In this document: positions 61,434-64,000 of the stretch, one piece after another
How the letters are laid out: the number at the start of each line of letters is the position of its first letter
Position numbering within the stretch: the first letter of the stretch is position 1
NCBI GenBank assembly: GCA_902478545.1
Contig: CABSLA010000002.1
Coordinates: 66,037 to 130,036, forward strand
Source of the DNA: an uncultured Collinsella sp.
Lineage (GTDB): Bacteria > Actinomycetota > Coriobacteriia > Coriobacteriales > Coriobacteriaceae
Length of the DNA: 64,000 nucleotides
Direction: 5' to 3'
Made by a program: the position numbers and the translations under genes
Notes under the pieces: generated by a model
Seen by the model: the letters and a program-made list of their open reading frames with translations, nothing else
Told to the model about the DNA's origin: nothing
The model's database searches: none

Positions 61434-63674
61434 CTATTTCTTAAACCGTGCACCCTGGCGTTTTCTGCCCGATGCGAACGTGGAACCCTTGCGGGCCTGC
61501 GAGCGTAAGCGCTCGATCGTCTCGTCCTCAGACGCACCCTCGAGCATCGCCCGAATCTGAACGACGGCATCGCGCAGGCGCGCCGCCTCCTCAAAGTCCA
61601 TAGCGGCAGAAGCGTTACGCATATCCTCTTCCATGGTTTCGACGATCCGCACAAGCTCGTCATGCGGCAGTTCTTCCAACTGCTCCGCAAGTGTCTGCTC
61701 GGGCGCCACCGTTTCCGGCACGCCGCCCTCGCCCGACTCATCGGGCGTATAGAATGCGCCATGACCAAGAGAGTCGCCCTTCGAGCGCCCCTTGGAACCC
61801 ACAGTTTTTTCGGCCTCGGCAATAAAACTTGAGATGTCGTTGATGGCCTTGCGCACTGTCTTGGGCACAATGCCATGCTCTTCGTTATATGCCATCTGAA
61901 TCTCGCGACGGCGCTGCGTCTCCTCGATGGCCTCTTTCATCGAATCGGTCACAACGTCCGCATACATGATGACTTCGCCATCGGCGTTACGGGCCGCGCG
62001 GCCAATCGTCTGAATCAGCGAACGGCGGTTGCGCAAGAATCCTTCCTTATCGGCATCGAGAATTGCCACCAGTGAGACCTCGGGAAGATCCAAGCCCTCG
62101 CGAAGCAGGTTGATGCCAACGAGAACATCGATCTTGCCCTCGCGCAGCGTTCGCAGGATCTCGACACGGTCCATTGTCGCCGTATCAGAATGCATGTAAT
62201 TGACCTTAATGCCCGCATCAAGCAGATGGTCGGTCAGGTCCTCGGCCATGCGCTTGGTCAACGTGGTCACCAGCACGCGCTCCTTGCGGGCAACGCGCTC
62301 GCGAATCTCGTCCTCAAGATCGTCAATCTGACCGCGAACCGGACGCACATCGATCTTGGGATCGAGCAGACCGGTCGGACGAATAATCTGCTCAACGTCG
62401 TTCTGGCTAACCCGCAGCTCATAGTCGCCCGGTGTTGCCGAAACGTAGATGAACTGGGGTATCCTTGCCTCAAACTCATCGAAACGAAGCGGGCGGTTAT
62501 CGAGCGCCGAGGGCAGGCGAAAACCGTGTTCCACCAGCGTCACCTTACGCGAGCGGTCACCTTCGTGCATGCCGCGAATCTGCGGCACCGTCACATGGCT
62601 CTCATCGATGATGCAGAGCATATCCTTGGGAAAGTAATCGATTAGGGTAAACGGCGGCTCACCCGGCTTGCGACCGTCCAGATGACGCGAGTAGTTCTCG
62701 ATGCCGTTGCAAAAGCCCATCGTCTCGAGCATCTCAAGATCATAATCGGTGCGCTGCTGCAGACGCTGCGCCTCGAGCAACTTGTCGGTCGCCTTGAGCT
62801 CCGCCACGCGCTTCTCGCACTCTTCGCTGATCGATTGCAGAGCCGCCTTGACCTTCGGCTTCTCGGTCACATAGTGTGATGCCGGCCATACGGGGATGGC
62901 CTCGTACTCACGAAGCATCTCACCGGTGACCTCATCGATCTCGGCAATCAGCTCGACCTCGTCGCCAAAGAACTCAAACCGCAACGGATGCTCAGCATAA
63001 GGCGGATACACGTCGACAACATCGCCGCGCACGCGGAACGTGCCACGCGCCAGGTCATAGTCATTGCGATCATATTGAATGTCGATAAGCGCATGGATAA
63101 AGTCATCGCGCTCGAGCGGCACCTTCTTGTCGACGTTTGGAGCCAGACCAGCATAGTCCTCAGGAGAGCCAATGCCATAGATACACGAGACCGATGCGAC
63201 AACGATCACATCACGTCGAGAGAGCAGTGACGCGGTCGCCTGATGGCGCAGCATCTCGACCTCTTCGTTAATCGAGGAGTCTTTCTCGATATATGTATCG
63301 CTTTGCGGCACATACGCCTCGGGCTGATAGTAGTCGTAATACGAGACAAAGTAGACCACAGCGTTATTGGGAAAGAACTCTTTGAGCTCGCTCGCAAGCT
63401 GAGCAGCGAGCGTTTTATTCGGAGCCATGATCAGCGTCGGCTTTCCCAGGGCCTCAATAGTCTTTGCCATCGTGAAGGTCTTGCCCGAACCAGTCACGCC
63501 CAGCAAAACCTGATAGCGGTCTCCGTCCCTCACGCCCTGCACAAGCGACTCAATGGCTTTAGGCTGGGAACCGGCAGGCTCATAGGGAGAAACGACCTTA
63601 AACGGCACGTCAGAGCCTTCAACGCCAAAGCGCTTAAGTTCACCACCAACGCGTTCTACTTCAAATTCCGCCAT
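61434..63674 (-). CDS. uvrB: Excinuclease ABC subunit B
   Basis: [32 protein letters not shown] and a C-terminal UVR domain. Confidence 0.97.
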   Translation of the reverse strand: MAEFEVERVGGELKRFGVEGSDVPFKVVSPYEPAGSQPKAIESLVQGVRDGDRYQVLLGVTGSGKTFTMAKTIEALGKPTLIMAPNKTLAAQLASELKEFFPNNAVVYFVSYYDYYQPEAYVPQSDTYIEKDSSINEEVEMLRHQATASLLSRRDVIVVASVSCIYGIGSPEDYAGLAPNVDKKVPLERDDFIHALIDIQYDRNDYDLARGTFRVRGDVVDVYPPYAEHPLRFEFFGDEVELIAEIDEVTGEMLREYEAIPVWPASHYVTEKPKVKAALQSISEECEKRVAELKATDKLLEAQRLQQRTDYDLEMLETMGFCNGIENYSRHLDGRKPGEPPFTLIDYFPKDMLCIIDESHVTVPQIRGMHEGDRSRKVTLVEHGFRLPSALDNRPLRFDEFEARIPQFIYVSATPGDYELRVSQNDVEQIIRPTGLLDPKIDVRPVRGQIDDLEDEIRERVARKERVLVTTLTKRMAEDLTDHLLDAGIKVNYMHSDTATMDRVEILRTLREGKIDVLVGINLLREGLDLPEVSLVAILDADKEGFLRNRRSLIQTIGRAARNADGEVIMYADVVTDSMKEAIEETQRRREIQMAYNEEHGIVPKTVRKAINDISSFIAEAEKTVGSKGRSKGDSLGHGAFYTPDESGEGGVPETVAPEQTLAEQLEELPHDELVRIVETMEEDMRNASAAMDFEEAARLRDAVVQIRAMLEGASEDETIERLRSQARKGSTFASGRKRQGARFKK

Positions 63675-63725
63675 GGATACTCCTAACTCATATATCTGCA
63701 GTATACGCAGGCGGCAGGCATAGTC

Positions 63726-64000
63726 CTATACGAACCGATCGGGATAGAGGGTCTTGTAGCGAGCCCAGGCATTATTGACACGAATCAGATACGCCTGCGT
63801 CTCGGGAAAGGTAATTGCATTATGAAGCGACGTACCCTGCTGCGCCCATCCGTCGACATTGCCCATGCCGGCGTTATAGGCGGCGATGGCACTATCCGTC
63901 GAACCGTTGAAATAGGCGAGAAGATACGAGAGGTATGCGCAGCCAAACTCGATATTCGTAGCCGGATCGTTAAGATTGTCGGCCGAATACTCCCCTCCGT
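63726..64000 (-). CDS. Lytic transglycosylase (SLT family), C-terminal part
   Basis: My translation gives LNDPATNIEFGCAYL...AIAAYNAGMGNV...FPETQAY. The ORF is not in the ORF track because its start lies outside the window. Confidence 0.85.
   Translation of the reverse strand, partial: GGEYSADNLNDPATNIEFGCAYLSYLLAYFNGSTDSAIAAYNAGMGNVDGWAQQGTSLHNAITFPETQAYLIRVNNAWARYKTLYPDRFV

Overview
Core-chromosome segment of a GC-rich anaerobic actinobacterium. Protein style, gene order and Tat-lipoprotein solute-binding proteins suggest class Coriobacteriia, possibly Collinsella; this is an inference and was not searched. From left to right: partial ketopantoate reductase, a secreted 3D-like protein, metY with a divergent LysR regulator, rnhA, a Fur-family regulator, an orphan ureE next to a SlyD-type PPIase, and nrdD-nrdG-folE-HD-folB. 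Then six tRNAs (Val, three identical Gly, Cys, Leu) interleaved with a GH13 gene and a PAS-GAF-PP2C plus STAS-kinase partner-switching pair. Then an Opp ABC transporter, gap-pgk-tpiA-gpmI-secG, rapZ-whiA, a ~10 kb sialic-acid-type catabolic cassette between uvrC and rapZ, murJ, ybaK, uvrA, an LTA-synthase-family gene, mrp, two flavoproteins, uvrB and a partial lytic transglycosylase. No CRISPR array, integrase or transposase was seen. The most notable observations are a tandem CE7 esterase pair in the nan cassette in which the second copy lacks the catalytic serine, a set of ~85-140 bp long hairpins with unrelated arm sequences, a tRNA-Gly-linked repeat with a 187-bp period, a Cys/Met-containing leader ORF before metY, an HD protein between folE and folB, and a sigma-less partner-switching module. 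Start codons were chosen by eye and are approximate.
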